Notes: generated from the letters alone by a model not told the origin. Positions 1 to 10,471 are shown, counted from the stretch's first letter. The stretch is 64,000 nt of DNA from Dehalococcoidia bacterium (GCA_034422735.1 DAOUJL010000039.1:100136-164135), one strand, 5' to 3'. Translations and numbers: made by a program.

Positions 1-462
1 GCCCAGCGGAAGCAGGCCGGAGAGAATTCCCAATCCGTAGATGGCGGTAACCGCCACCGAGATTATGATGGACACGCAGCCCCGCTCGATGAATCCGCAC
101 GCCACCAGGTAGCCAAAATAGCCGAACACCAGCCCGCTCGCGCCTATGTGTACGGCGGACCTGCCCAACAGCCAGATGCCTAACCCGGCGAATAGCGCGA
201 TGAAGGCCGAACAGACGAGCAGCACGCGCTCGCCTCGAAACGCCGTAAGGCCGCCCAGAATCAGAAGGGGAAACGTATTCGCCATCAGATGCCCGAATCC
301 CCCGTGAATGAACACGTGTAGCGGGATGCCGCGCAGTCCGGCGCTGTCGCGCGGGACTGCGCCGTACCGCGTCAGGTCCAGGCCGGGAACGAGATCGACG
401 ATGGCTACTATCCACAGCAGCGCGACGAATCCCAACAGCCAGACGAACGACCGCAGACGCAT
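1..462 (-). CDS. rhomboid family intramembrane serine protease (partial, runs off window)
   Basis: Reverse-strand translation from ATG at 462: MRLRSFVWLLGFVALLWIVAIV...HVFIHGGFGHLMANTFPLL...VHIGASGLVFGYFGY. It carries the rhomboid HxxxN and GASG catalytic motifs. The frame is open to position 1. It is missing from the ORF track because no stop lies in the window. Confidence 0.8.
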   Translation of the reverse strand, partial: MRLRSFVWLLGFVALLWIVAIVDLVPGLDLTRYGAVPRDSAGLRGIPLHVFIHGGFGHLMANTFPLLILGGLTAFRGERVLLVCSAFIALFAGLGIWLLGRSAVHIGASGLVFGYFGYLVACGFIERGCVSIIISVAVTAIYGLGILSGLLPLG

Positions 463-566
463 CGCCGCGTTCACCTTACGTTGCCGCTCTCCTCTCGGTG
501 AGAGGGGCAGCAACAGCCCGCACTGAACTTGGCGAATGATCCGTCAAGCAAGACCGTGCTGTCCGG

Positions 567-1193
567 TTAGCCCAGGCCGTCCGCCGCGGCCGCGTACGAT
601 TCCGGGCCGCCCTGGCCGCCGACCACCCGGCCTGCGCGTATCTCCAGCGACAGGTCGCGGCAGGGGTTGGGGTGCCCCGGCGTCTGCCCAATCGGCCAGA
701 CGCGGGCGCTCAGGCGCTCGGGCGCAAGCTCCAGCAGGCCCACGCCGCCGAGCCGCAGCTCCTTGTGGCGGGGGAAGGTGATGCTGCCGGTGTTGATCAG
801 CACCACGTCTTCGCGGTACTCCAGGACCTCCATGTGGGTGTGGCCCGCTATCATCACGTCCACCGGGGCGGGGAAGTGGCGCTGCAGCTCGCGCATGGGG
901 CGGAACTGCCGGTCCAGGCTGTGCACCATGCCGATGCGCCAGCCGTGCACCTCGAGGGTCTGGACGTCCTGGATGCGCGGATCGGGAATCGGATCGTTGT
1001 TGCCGGTGGCGCAGAGAACGGGCGCGTACTGTTCGAGCCAGTCCAGCACGATGGGGGACGTGAGGTCGCCCGCGTGCAGGATCAGGTCGACGGTGGAGAA
1101 GAACTGGGCGGGTTCCGGCCCAAGCTCGTCGAGGGTGCGGATTCGCCCGGGCATGTGGGTGTCGGCAAGCAGTCCGATGCGCATGTGGTGCAT
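567..1193 (-). CDS. YfcE/MJ0936-type metallophosphoesterase
   Basis: 208-aa ORF with LLADTH, HAGD, GNND and AGHTH motifs of calcineurin-like phosphoesterases. The internal ATG at 1184 (MRIGLL) may be the true start. Confidence 0.8.
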   Translation of the reverse strand: MHHMRIGLLADTHMPGRIRTLDELGPEPAQFFSTVDLILHAGDLTSPIVLDWLEQYAPVLCATGNNDPIPDPRIQDVQTLEVHGWRIGMVHSLDRQFRPMRELQRHFPAPVDVMIAGHTHMEVLEYREDVVLINTGSITFPRHKELRLGGVGLLELAPERLSARVWPIGQTPGHPNPCRDLSLEIRAGRVVGGQGGPESYAAAADGLG

Positions 1194-1565
1194 GGTAGGC
1201 GATGGGGCGTGGCGGCGTCAATGCGGGCGGGGGTGCGCTCGCGTCTGCGACCTGATGAGCCTCACCCGTCCCTGGACAAGAATTGTCGAGGAATCTGTCG
1301 CACTCCATTGGAATCGGCCAGGATGCTGCCAATCTGTAGGCGCAGGTAGTGATTCCATCGGGACCTTTCTTTGTGATGGAAAGCACGAACGTGTGTGCGT
1401 GGCGTCACAAGGGTTTGTGGTACGATCGGGGCAGACGAGAGCTTTCGGCGCGGGAAAAGACCTCGGCGACTGGAACACCCGCAAGGCCTACTGGAACAAG
1501 CACTATCTCGAATAAACCGCTCCGGGCGAACAATGGAACGCCACAGACATAGAGGAGCGCACGAC

Positions 1566-2213
1566 ATGAAGAAGAGGATAACCAATCACAAGGGGCTCGC
1601 CGTCGCGTCCGTCGTGGCGCTGGGGGCGGTGCTCTGCGCCTTCGCCCTGGCCTTCGCGAACATCGCGCGCCCGGACGCGCCGGGCGTGGTGCCGCCCATG
1701 ACGCTCACCTACGAGGTCTACGGGCCGGGCGTGAGCGTCGGGAACCGATCCATACCGGCCTTCAAGGAGATTAGGCGGCTCGAATACAGGGGCGAGAACG
1801 ATTGGACAGAGACCGTCATCGAGTCCCCAACCCTCGACCTCGGCAGATACGGCGAGGCCAGCAACGCGGGCTCGGACCGGACGGTGAAGGGCAACACGGA
1901 GACCGAACACGACGCTATGGACGGCAGTACGAGCACATACACGCTCGACGGGGGCGGCAGACAGATACCGTTCAGCGCATTCGGGTACACTCACATTCCC
2001 CCGGGATTCGCGCCCATCGGCGGGGCCACCACCGGAATGGTCGCCATCGACGCGGAGTTGAGCATCGGGGGCGAGCTCATGCAGAACGCGCGGGCCGTCG
2101 AGTACAAGAAGGGGAACCGTACACTCGTGATGTACGAGGGGAACGGCTTCACCATCCCCGTCAAAAACGGAGACCACTTCATCCTCAAGTCCGCCGTGAT
2201 CCACGGGCCGTAG
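1566..2213 (+). CDS. hypothetical membrane-anchored/secreted protein
   Basis: ORF 1395..2213 trimmed to ATG 1566. MKKRITNHKGLAVASVVALGAVLCAFALAFA is a basic N-terminus plus one hydrophobic helix. No family recognised. Confidence 0.5.
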   Translation: MKKRITNHKGLAVASVVALGAVLCAFALAFANIARPDAPGVVPPMTLTYEVYGPGVSVGNRSIPAFKEIRRLEYRGENDWTETVIESPTLDLGRYGEASNAGSDRTVKGNTETEHDAMDGSTSTYTLDGGGRQIPFSAFGYTHIPPGFAPIGGATTGMVAIDAELSIGGELMQNARAVEYKKGNRTLVMYEGNGFTIPVKNGDHFILKSAVIHGP

Positions 2214-2250
2214 CGCCGTATGACGACGCCGATTGCCCCCGAAGACGAGG

Positions 2251-2287
2251 CCCCGGAGGTTGCAAAGACCTTCGGGGTCTTTCTCTT
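2251..2287 (+). terminator. intrinsic terminator-like hairpin
   Basis: A 9-bp stem ccccggagg/ccttcgggg (one G-U pair) with loop ttgcaaaga is followed by the T-rich tail tctttctctt, 38 nt after the stop at 2213. Confidence 0.55.
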
Positions 2288-2398
2288 GCGGCGATGAATG
2301 TGAACGTTGCAACTCTGAACGGTCGCCGCGTCGCCCGGTAAGCGCCCCAGCGCCTGGGTTCCGGCTCGGAGGCCGGAATGACGACAGCCGCTCCCGCG

Positions 2399-2427
2399 TT
2401 GACTAGTCCTATGCCGTGTGCTACGTT
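2399..2427 (+). promoter_or_regulatory. sigma70-like promoter candidate for the thiolase/DUF35 operon
   Basis: TTGACT (2399-2404), a 17-nt spacer, then TACGTT (2422-2427), about 45 nt upstream of the ATG at 2474. Confidence 0.35.
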
Positions 2428-2473
2428 TTCGGCGCACCTGGGAATCCCCAACTGAGATCGAAAGGAGCAGCCT

Positions 2474-3667
2474 ATGGCCGGAAGCAGAGACGCAGCCATC
2501 GTCGGTATTCACGAGTATCCCCTCAGAGTTACGGGCGGGGGTGTAAGCGCGCTCCAGATAAAGGCGTCGTCCGCCGCGAAGGCGCTGGAGGACGCGGGGT
2601 TGTCGTGGGGGGACGTGGACGCCATCTACGACAACGGCAGCCACCAGGGAATCGGCGGACTCGGAATCTCCGAGTACCTGGGGCTCAAGCCCAACGTTAT
2701 CGACAACACCGCGGTCGGCGGCTCGTCCTACGAGTTCCAGGCCAACCACGCGCGGGAGATGATCGCCGCGGGCAAGTGCAACGTGGCGCTGCTCACCTAC
2801 GGCTCCACCGCCCACGCCGACCGCCGCGCCATCGGCACAGCGGGCGCGACGGGGCAGGGGCCGGCCAATCCGCTGAACAACATGGAGGACCCGTGGGGGC
2901 TGACGCTGATCAGCAACTACGCCATGGTAAAGCAGCGGCACATGCACCAGTACGGCACCACCGACGAGCAGTTCGCCGCCATCTCGGTTACCACGCGCAA
3001 GCACGCGATGCGCAACCCCGAGGCGGTGAAGGCGATGACGGACCTGGAGTTCGTGGGCGTGCGCGAGATTACCGTGCAGGACGTTCTCGAGTCCCGGATG
3101 ATAGCCCACCCGCTGCACCTGCTGGAGTGCTGCATGGTGTCCGACGGCGGCGGAGCGGTGGTCATCGCGTCGCCGGACGTGGTTCGGAACACCCGCAAGA
3201 AGCCGGTGTGGATAATCGGCACGGGCGAGGCGACCAAGTACACCGAGAACGGCGGCGACATCACCGTCAGCGCGGGCGCGCAGGCGGCGCCGGTGGCGTT
3301 CGGCGAGGCGGGCGTTTCGCCGTCCGAGATCGACGTGCTGATGGCCTACGACTCCTTCTCGATTACCGTGATGTGCATGATAGAGGACCTGGGCTTCTGC
3401 ACCAAGGGAGAGGGCGGCGCCTACGTGGAGGACCTGCACCTGGCCTTCGACGCTCCGGGCAAGCCCGCCATGAACACGGACGGCGGAGGGCTGTCCTCGA
3501 ACCATCCGGGCGAGCGGGGCATCTTCCTGCTGCTGGAGGCCACGCGGCAGCTACGCGGCGAGTCCACGTCGCAGGTCGACGATCCCAAGCTGGCGGTCGC
3601 GGTCGGAAACGGCGGGCAGCTAGGCTCGCGGCACGCGACGGGCGTGACTATACTGGCGGCGGACTGA
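2474..3667 (+). CDS. thiolase-like protein (SCP-x/DitF-type acetyl-CoA acetyltransferase family)
   Basis: 397 aa with a thiolase-fold pattern including the C-terminal NTDGGGLSSNHPGERG and GNGGQLG. RBS gaaaggag lies upstream. It is followed by its usual DUF35 partner. Confidence 0.8.
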   Translation: MAGSRDAAIVGIHEYPLRVTGGGVSALQIKASSAAKALEDAGLSWGDVDAIYDNGSHQGIGGLGISEYLGLKPNVIDNTAVGGSSYEFQANHAREMIAAGKCNVALLTYGSTAHADRRAIGTAGATGQGPANPLNNMEDPWGLTLISNYAMVKQRHMHQYGTTDEQFAAISVTTRKHAMRNPEAVKAMTDLEFVGVREITVQDVLESRMIAHPLHLLECCMVSDGGGAVVIASPDVVRNTRKKPVWIIGTGEATKYTENGGDITVSAGAQAAPVAFGEAGVSPSEIDVLMAYDSFSITVMCMIEDLGFCTKGEGGAYVEDLHLAFDAPGKPAMNTDGGGLSSNHPGERGIFLLLEATRQLRGESTSQVDDPKLAVAVGNGGQLGSRHATGVTILAAD

Positions 3668-3689
3668 GGAGCTATCCGACAACCCTTCA

Positions 3690-3729
3690 GCACCCCCATC
3701 CTAACCTTCCCCCTGCGAGGGGGAAGGGA
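3690..3729 (-). repeat. family-A hairpin repeat (copy A1)
   Basis: The reverse complement is GTCCCTTCCCCCTCGCAGGGGGAAGGTTAGGATGGGGGTG, identical 40/40 to copy A4 at 24797. It is intergenic. Confidence 0.9.
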
Positions 3730-3750
3730 CACTTCTGAGGAGCGACGACA

Positions 3751-4173
3751 ATGACCAGCACACCGCTGAGGCCGCAGCCCCGCTTTCCGGAGCCGGACAC
3801 CGAGCCGTTCTGGGAGGCGACCAAGCGCCACGAGCTGACCTACCAGGAATGCAACGACTGCCCGACCGTGATCTTCTTCCCGCGCCGCCACTGCACCGAG
3901 TGCGGCTCGGACAACAACGAATGGAAGGTGTCCAAGGGCGAGGGCACGGTGTACACGTTCAGCGTGGTAATGCAGAGCCGCCATCCGGCGTTCAAGGACC
4001 TGGGCGCCTACGCGGTTGCCTACGTAGACCTGGACGAGGGGTTCCGCATCATGACCAACATCGTGGGCGTGGACGACCCCGTTAACGACGTAAAGTGCGG
4101 GATGCGCGTGAAGCTGCGCTGGGAGGACCAGGGCGAGGGCGGGATTTCGCTGCCCATGTTCGAGCCGGCGTAG
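3751..4173 (+). CDS. Zn-ribbon/OB-fold protein (DUF35 family, thiolase partner)
   Basis: 140 aa with a CNDC...CTEC zinc ribbon followed by an OB-fold-like segment (GEGTVYTFSV...). This is the classic pairing with SCP-x-type thiolases. Confidence 0.8.
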   Translation: MTSTPLRPQPRFPEPDTEPFWEATKRHELTYQECNDCPTVIFFPRRHCTECGSDNNEWKVSKGEGTVYTFSVVMQSRHPAFKDLGAYAVAYVDLDEGFRIMTNIVGVDDPVNDVKCGMRVKLRWEDQGEGGISLPMFEPA

Positions 4174-4191
4174 CGGCGGGAGACACTGAAG

Positions 4192-5655
4192 ATGGCGACA
4201 TTCACTTCGGCGGACATCGACCGGGTACGAGCGACGGCGGCCTCGCTGGTGGACGAGTATCACGTGCCGGGCATGTCGATAGGCGTCGTATCAGGCGACG
4301 AGCTGGTGTACTCGCAGGGCTTTGGGTACGCGGACATCGAGTCCGGCAGGCGGCAGGCGCCGGAGCTCCGGCAGCGCATCGGGTCGATCACCAAGACTAT
4401 GGTGGGACTGTGCGCGATGGCGCTGGTGGACGAGGGCAGGCTGAGCCTGGACGAACGGGTGGTGGATCGGCTGCCGGATATCCGGTTCAACGGGCCGGGT
4501 GAGACGCTGCGTGTGTGCGATTTGATGACGCACACCAACGGCATAGGCGAAGCGCCTACGATGGGGGACTATCGCGACGCGCTGGGCAAGCTGTGGTCCA
4601 ACAGCCCCACGCCGATGCCGGTGAACCAGATGTACCCGGACGGCATCGACATCGAGGTGCCGGTGGGCACCAAGTGGGCCTACGCGAACCACGCCTTCTG
4701 CCTGCTTGGCGAGATCGTCGCGCGGACGGAGGGCCGGCGCATCGAGGAGGTGCTGGAGGAGCGCGTGTTCGGGCCGCTTGGCATGTCCAACAGCGATTGC
4801 TGGGACCAGCAGCGCCCGGAGCTGACGACCGGCTACCACCACGCGCCGGACCACGACGACCTGGACGCGCTTTCGATCCTGGGCATCGCGCCGCCGGACT
4901 CGCCAAGCGTCGACGGCCACAACATTCCGGGCGAGTACATCTACGTCGCGACGCGGGCGGCGGGCGCCGTCCAGTCCACGATTCCGGACATGGCCCGCTA
5001 CGCCTCGGCGCTGCTGGCGAAGAGCAAGGGGATAGTGAGACCCGAGACGTTCGACGAGATGACCTCGCCCCAGTACTGCCCTGACGAGCGGCTGCTGAGC
5101 CTGGGCCTCACGCTCATGCGCGTGGAGCGGTTCGGGCGGCGCAGCTTCGGGCACGGCGGCGGAATCTCCGGCGGCTGGAACACGCACATCGACGTGTTCC
5201 CGTCCGAGAACCTGGCGGTGCTGACGCATCTGAACATCAGCTTCGATCGGTCGGACGCCATATTCTCGAAAGTCATACAGTCGGTGCTGAACGAGCCGGA
5301 CCCCGACACCACTGGCAGTCCCATCTCTTCTGACGCGGCGGCCGCGGCGGTCGGCGTGTACGAGCCGCCGCCGGGCTTCCTGACCAGCTACCGTATCATC
5401 CGGGGCGTCGGGCGCATCCAGATTACAGAGCGGGACGGCGGCCTGGAGTTGAGGTCGAGACGCGGCGCATGGCGCGAGGGGGTGCGGCTCTACCAGCCGG
5501 ACGCGAACGACCCCGGCTTCTTCCGGCTGGACACCGGCGCGCCCGAGCCGCCGGGACTCGTGCTTCAGTTCGGGGACGGCGGGGGCAAGGCGACCGGCAT
5601 TCTGCTGCCGCGCATGAACCTGGTGCGCAACGACGGGCTGTCCGCCTGGGCCTAG
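4192..5655 (+). CDS. serine hydrolase, class-C beta-lactamase/esterase family VIII-like
   Basis: 487 aa with SxxK (SITK), YxN (YANH) and HGGG motifs in the expected order. Confidence 0.8.
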   Translation: MATFTSADIDRVRATAASLVDEYHVPGMSIGVVSGDELVYSQGFGYADIESGRRQAPELRQRIGSITKTMVGLCAMALVDEGRLSLDERVVDRLPDIRFNGPGETLRVCDLMTHTNGIGEAPTMGDYRDALGKLWSNSPTPMPVNQMYPDGIDIEVPVGTKWAYANHAFCLLGEIVARTEGRRIEEVLEERVFGPLGMSNSDCWDQQRPELTTGYHHAPDHDDLDALSILGIAPPDSPSVDGHNIPGEYIYVATRAAGAVQSTIPDMARYASALLAKSKGIVRPETFDEMTSPQYCPDERLLSLGLTLMRVERFGRRSFGHGGGISGGWNTHIDVFPSENLAVLTHLNISFDRSDAIFSKVIQSVLNEPDPDTTGSPISSDAAAAAVGVYEPPPGFLTSYRIIRGVGRIQITERDGGLELRSRRGAWREGVRLYQPDANDPGFFRLDTGAPEPPGLVLQFGDGGGKATGILLPRMNLVRNDGLSAWA

Positions 5656-6516
5656 CGCTCCAGGAACGCGACGCCGAGTAGCCCCGGTCCGATGTGCGCG
5701 CCCATCACGGGGGTGAACTGGGCCACGAAGATGCGGTCGCACTCGAACGCCGCCTCCACTGCGGCCCGCAACTCCCCCGCCGCGTCCTCCGCGTCGGCGT
5801 GCATCACGCAGGCGCTGATCGGGCCTTCGCCGGCGCCCTCGCGCATCAACTCGACCAGACGCCGGATCGCGCGCTTCAGCGTCCGGGGGCGCGCCACCGT
5901 GCTCACCGTGCCCCGGCGCAGTTCGAATATGGGTTTCACGCCCAGCAGCGCCGAGCCCGCGTGAGCGATTACGGGCACGCGGCCGCTCTTCCACAGGTAG
6001 TAGAGCGTGTTGGGGAAGGCGAGCAGCCGCACGCGCTCGATGGCCGACCGGACGGCCTCTCCCACCTCGTCCAGGCCCGCGCCGTCGCTCACCAGGCGCA
6101 GCGCCTCCAGCGCGACCAGGCCCTGGCCGCCCGCCGCGCTCTCGGAGTCCAGCACGCGCACCTCGACGCCGGGCAGGGCGTCCGCCGCCTGGCGCGCCGC
6201 CACGACCGCTGAGTCGTATGACGCGCTGACGCTCGCGGCCACCGTCAGGCAGAGTATCGACGACGCGCCCAGCGCCGCGCGGCGGTAGGCGTCGAGAAAC
6301 GCGGCGGGCGTGGGCGCGGATGTGGTGGGCGGCGAGGGAGCGGCCCTCAGCATCCTGTAGAACTCGGACGGCGAAACGTCCTCGCCGTCCAGGTAGGTGC
6401 GGCCGGCGAGCGTGAGGCTCATGGGCGCGACATGGAGATGCGGGCCAGCGAGCGCCTCCGCGGGCAATGTGGCCGCGCTGTCGACGACCAGCGCCACGCG
6501 GCCAGGATCGGGCGGC

Positions 6517-6527
<11 letters not shown>
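5652..6527 (-). CDS. DegV family fatty-acid-binding protein
   Basis: 291 aa with a DegV-like pattern (VALVVDSAATLP..., ...LCLTVAASVSASY...). The start overlaps the upstream gene's stop by 11 nt. Confidence 0.75.
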
Positions 6528-7338
<811 letters not shown>

Positions 7339-7490
7339 TCCGGGCGGCCCGAAAGCCGCCGCCAATGCTAAATTGCGGGCCGCCGCCAAGTCAATCCGCC
7401 GCACTTTCATTGGCACAAGCCTTCGCGTTATACTTTCTGCGAACTGAGCGGAGGCGGGATAGCACTCGCCCCCGCGCACGGGAGCTTTAT

Positions 7491-8711
7491 TTGACCAGAC
7501 GACCTATAGGCCGGCTGCCCGGAATGCGTGACGTAACCGCCGAGCAGCGCGACCGCATGAGCGGGCTGGCGTCGGACACCGAGGCCTACCTGGAGAAACA
7601 GGGCTATCAGCCCATCCATACGCCCCTGCTGGAACAGACGGAGCTGTTCGTCCGAAAGTCGGGCGGCGACCTGGTAAACAGCCTGTACACGTTCCAGGAC
7701 CCCGGAGGCAACGACGTAAGCCTGCGCCCGGAGTTCACGTCCTCGGTGATTCGACACTACGTCGAGGTGGCGGACAGCCTCCAGTCGCCGGCGCGGTGGC
7801 AGTACGGCGGACCTGTCTTTCGCTACGAGACCGACGGCGCTGAAGGTTCGCTCCGGCAGTTCACGCAACTGGGCGCGGAGCTGGTGGGCGCGGGAGGCGT
7901 AGAGGCCGACGCCGAGGTCATCCACCTCGCCTGGAGCGGTCTGGCCCGCGCAGGGTTGGAACGCTGCACGCTGCGCGTGGGCCACCTGGGCGCGGTCACC
8001 GCGCTGCTGGCGGAGCACGACCTGTCCGACGCCGCCAAGCTGTTCATAGTCGGGAACCTGCGGCCGCTGAAGGAGGGCGAAACCGACGTGGAAGCGTTGA
8101 AGCGCCGCGCCCAGGACGCCGGCCTGCTGAGGGAACGCGCGGAGGACGGCATAGGCGGCGAGGCGGGCTCGATGGATCTGCGGGCGGCGCACGAGCTGGT
8201 CCGGCGCGTGGTCGCGGATCCGAGCGCGTCCAGGATGGGGCAGCGCACGCCGGAGCAGATAGCGTCACGGCTGCTTCGCAAGATGCGGCGCGCCCACGAT
8301 CCGGCGGTCTTCGATGCGGCCCTCGAGATGGTGGACGAGCTGGCGCGCGTGGAAGGCCCGCCCGGTGTCGCGCTCGCGGCGCTCAGCGAGGCCGCGGGCG
8401 GCGCGGCGGTGCGGTGCGGCGCCTACGACGACCTGTCGCGGCTCATGGAAGCGCTCGGCGAGCGCGGCGTGCCCGAGGACGCGGTGTCGCTGGACGTCGG
8501 CCTGGCCAGGGGGATCGCCTACTACACCGGCGCCATCTTCGAGATACACGCGGGACCGGAGGGAGGTCCATCGCTTGGCGGCGGAGGCCGCTACGACGGG
8601 CTGGTGAGGGCGCTGGGCGGCGCGGACGTGCCGGCCATGGGGTTCGCCTACAATCTGGAGAGCGTGATCGAGGCGCTGACGGGCGCGGGTGAAGCGGCGG
8701 TGGCGCGGTGA
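7491..8711 (+). CDS. hisZ: ATP phosphoribosyltransferase regulatory subunit HisZ (HisRS paralogue without anticodon-binding domain)
   Basis: It carries class-II aaRS-like motifs (LPGMRD, FRYE...LRQFTQLGAE, GGGGRYDGL...PAMGF), and the protein ends shortly after motif 3. The stop overlaps the hisG start (GTGA). The start is uncertain: TTG 7491 or ATG 7524. Confidence 0.75.
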   Translation: MTRRPIGRLPGMRDVTAEQRDRMSGLASDTEAYLEKQGYQPIHTPLLEQTELFVRKSGGDLVNSLYTFQDPGGNDVSLRPEFTSSVIRHYVEVADSLQSPARWQYGGPVFRYETDGAEGSLRQFTQLGAELVGAGGVEADAEVIHLAWSGLARAGLERCTLRVGHLGAVTALLAEHDLSDAAKLFIVGNLRPLKEGETDVEALKRRAQDAGLLRERAEDGIGGEAGSMDLRAAHELVRRVVADPSASRMGQRTPEQIASRLLRKMRRAHDPAVFDAALEMVDELARVEGPPGVALAALSEAAGGAAVRCGAYDDLSRLMEALGERGVPEDAVSLDVGLARGIAYYTGAIFEIHAGPEGGPSLGGGGRYDGLVRALGGADVPAMGFAYNLESVIEALTGAGEAAVAR

Positions 8712-9703
8712 ATCACCAAAAGCAGGTGCTGAGGCTGGCGATACCCAGCGACGGCGCGCTTCACGAGTCGACGCTGATGTTCCTCCGTTCGTGCGGGCTG
8801 GGCGTGCTGCGCGCCAATTCCCGCAGGTACACCGCGGTGATTCCGGCCCTGGAGGGCGCTACTGTGCTGTTCCAGCGCGGCTCCGACATCACTTCCAAGG
8901 TGGAGGAGGGCAGCGCCGACATGGGGATAGTGGGGCACGACCGCTACCTGGACTCGCGGCGCGAGGGCGGCGACGCCATAATCGTCATCGACACGCTCGG
9001 CTACGGCCACTCCCGGCTGGTGCTTGGGGTGCCCGACTCGTGGGTGGACGTGTCCTCGCTCGCCGACCTCGCGGAGCTTTCGGTCGAGATGCGGGAGGAG
9101 GGCAGGGACATACGCATCGCCACCAAGTACCCCCGGCTGGTGGAGCGGTTCCTGCTCGGCAACGGTGTCAACTACTTCACGCTGGTGCAGTCCAGCGGCA
9201 CGCTGGAGGCGGCGCCGGCGATGGGCTTCGCCGACGCCATAGCCGACATCACCGAGAGCGGCGTGACGATGCGGGAGAACCACCTGAAGAACGTGCACGG
9301 CGGCACGATAATGACCTCCAGCGCGTGCCTGGTCGGCAACAAGGCGCTGCTGAACGCCGACCCCGATAAGCTGAGGCTCGCCAAGTCCATGGCGGAGCTT
9401 ATGGAGGGCCGGCTGCAGTCGCAGGAGTTCTACAGCGTCACCGCCAACATGCAGGGCGAGAATCCCGAGGAGATAGCGGGGTACGTGTTCAAGCACGCCG
9501 AGATCGCGGGCCTGCGCGGTCCCACCATCGCGAAGGTGTACACTCCGGACGGCGAAAACTGGTACGCGGTAACCGTCGTCGTGCAGAAGGACAAGCTGCT
9601 CGACGCCGTGGCCCACCTGCGCAGGGTGGGCGGCAGCGTCACGGTGTCCCAGCCGAGCTACGTGTTCGGCTCGGCGTGCGAGGCGCACGCACGCCTCGGC
9701 TGA
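8708..9703 (+). CDS. hisG: ATP phosphoribosyltransferase, long form with C-terminal regulatory domain
   Basis: 331 aa. The N-terminal LRLAIPSDGALHE...GSADMGIVGHD catalytic domains are followed by a HisG_C-like tail (...RGPTIAKVYTPDGENWYAVTVVVQKDKLLDAVAHLRRVGGSVTV). Confidence 0.85.
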   Translation: MNHQKQVLRLAIPSDGALHESTLMFLRSCGLGVLRANSRRYTAVIPALEGATVLFQRGSDITSKVEEGSADMGIVGHDRYLDSRREGGDAIIVIDTLGYGHSRLVLGVPDSWVDVSSLADLAELSVEMREEGRDIRIATKYPRLVERFLLGNGVNYFTLVQSSGTLEAAPAMGFADAIADITESGVTMRENHLKNVHGGTIMTSSACLVGNKALLNADPDKLRLAKSMAELMEGRLQSQEFYSVTANMQGENPEEIAGYVFKHAEIAGLRGPTIAKVYTPDGENWYAVTVVVQKDKLLDAVAHLRRVGGSVTVSQPSYVFGSACEAHARLG

Positions 9704-9724
9704 ACCGGCGCACAGGAGCTACGA

Positions 9725-10471
9725 TTGCCCAATCTACGCGCACACATCGACCTGGCGCACCGCGCCGCGGAGCGCCTGGCGCACCCGACGCTCGACGCCA
9801 ACATGGGCTGCTTCCTGTTCGGCTCCACGTCCCCCGACATCCGCGTTATCACGCGCCGCGACAGGTCTATCTATCACTTCGCGCAGCTGGACTTCGACGA
9901 ACTGGGCGCCGGCATGGACGGCCTGTTCGCCGAGCATCCCGCGCTCAAGCACGCCAACGGGCACAACGAGCAGACCCAGGCGTTCGTGTGCGGCTACCTC
10001 ACCCACCTCATCGTCGACGAGTCATGGATAGTGGACATGTACCGCCCCTACTTCGGCAACCGCGAGGTGTTCAGTGACGGCGCGAAGGGGAACGTGTATG
10101 ACCGCGCGCTGCAACTGGAGCTGGACAGGCAGAGCACGAGGCCGTCGGACGCCGAGGCGATGCTGCGCCGGCTGCCGCTGGACGAGATAGACGTGGGCTT
10201 CATACCGGCGGAGACGCTCAACGACTGGCGGGACTGGGTCGTGTCCAGCCTGGCGCGCGGATTCACCTGGGAGCGGCTGCGCTTCATGGCGAGCCGGATC
10301 TCGCGCGGCGACGAGTCTCATCCGGCGCACGCGCTGGCGGACGAGTTCGTGCGCGGCGTTCCCAACGGGCTGGAGAGCATCTACGGCTATGTTCCCCAGG
10401 AGAGCCTGGACGAGTACAGGGACCGCTCGGTAGACGCCCTTGTGAAGACCATCGGAGAGTACCTGCCGTGA
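9725..10471 (+). CDS. metal-dependent hydrolase, zinc-dependent phospholipase C-like family (function unknown)
   Basis: 248 aa with TTG start and AGGAG RBS. The His/Asp pattern H-x3-H...GSTSPD...HF...GYLTHLIVDESW resembles PF00882-like proteins. The stop overlaps the hisD start (GTGA). Confidence 0.5.
   Translation: MPNLRAHIDLAHRAAERLAHPTLDANMGCFLFGSTSPDIRVITRRDRSIYHFAQLDFDELGAGMDGLFAEHPALKHANGHNEQTQAFVCGYLTHLIVDESWIVDMYRPYFGNREVFSDGAKGNVYDRALQLELDRQSTRPSDAEAMLRRLPLDEIDVGFIPAETLNDWRDWVVSSLARGFTWERLRFMASRISRGDESHPAHALADEFVRGVPNGLESIYGYVPQESLDEYRDRSVDALVKTIGEYLP

Noticed and set aside
1991-3505. 504-aa minus-strand ORF antisense to the thiolase gene. Similar long antisense or out-of-frame ORFs include 544..1386, 4291..5994, 8648..9688, 10387..11868, 16187..17539, 20099..21220, 20547..21812, 23140..24789, 24416..25930, 28964..29998, 32850..34256, 45815..47248, 47993..49501 and 55875..57359.
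   Set aside because: All overlap genes with unmistakable family motifs on the other strand or frame. Their translations are Arg/Gly/Ala/Pro/His-rich low-complexity strings typical of stop-codon-poor antisense frames in high-GC DNA. No RBS or family motifs were seen.
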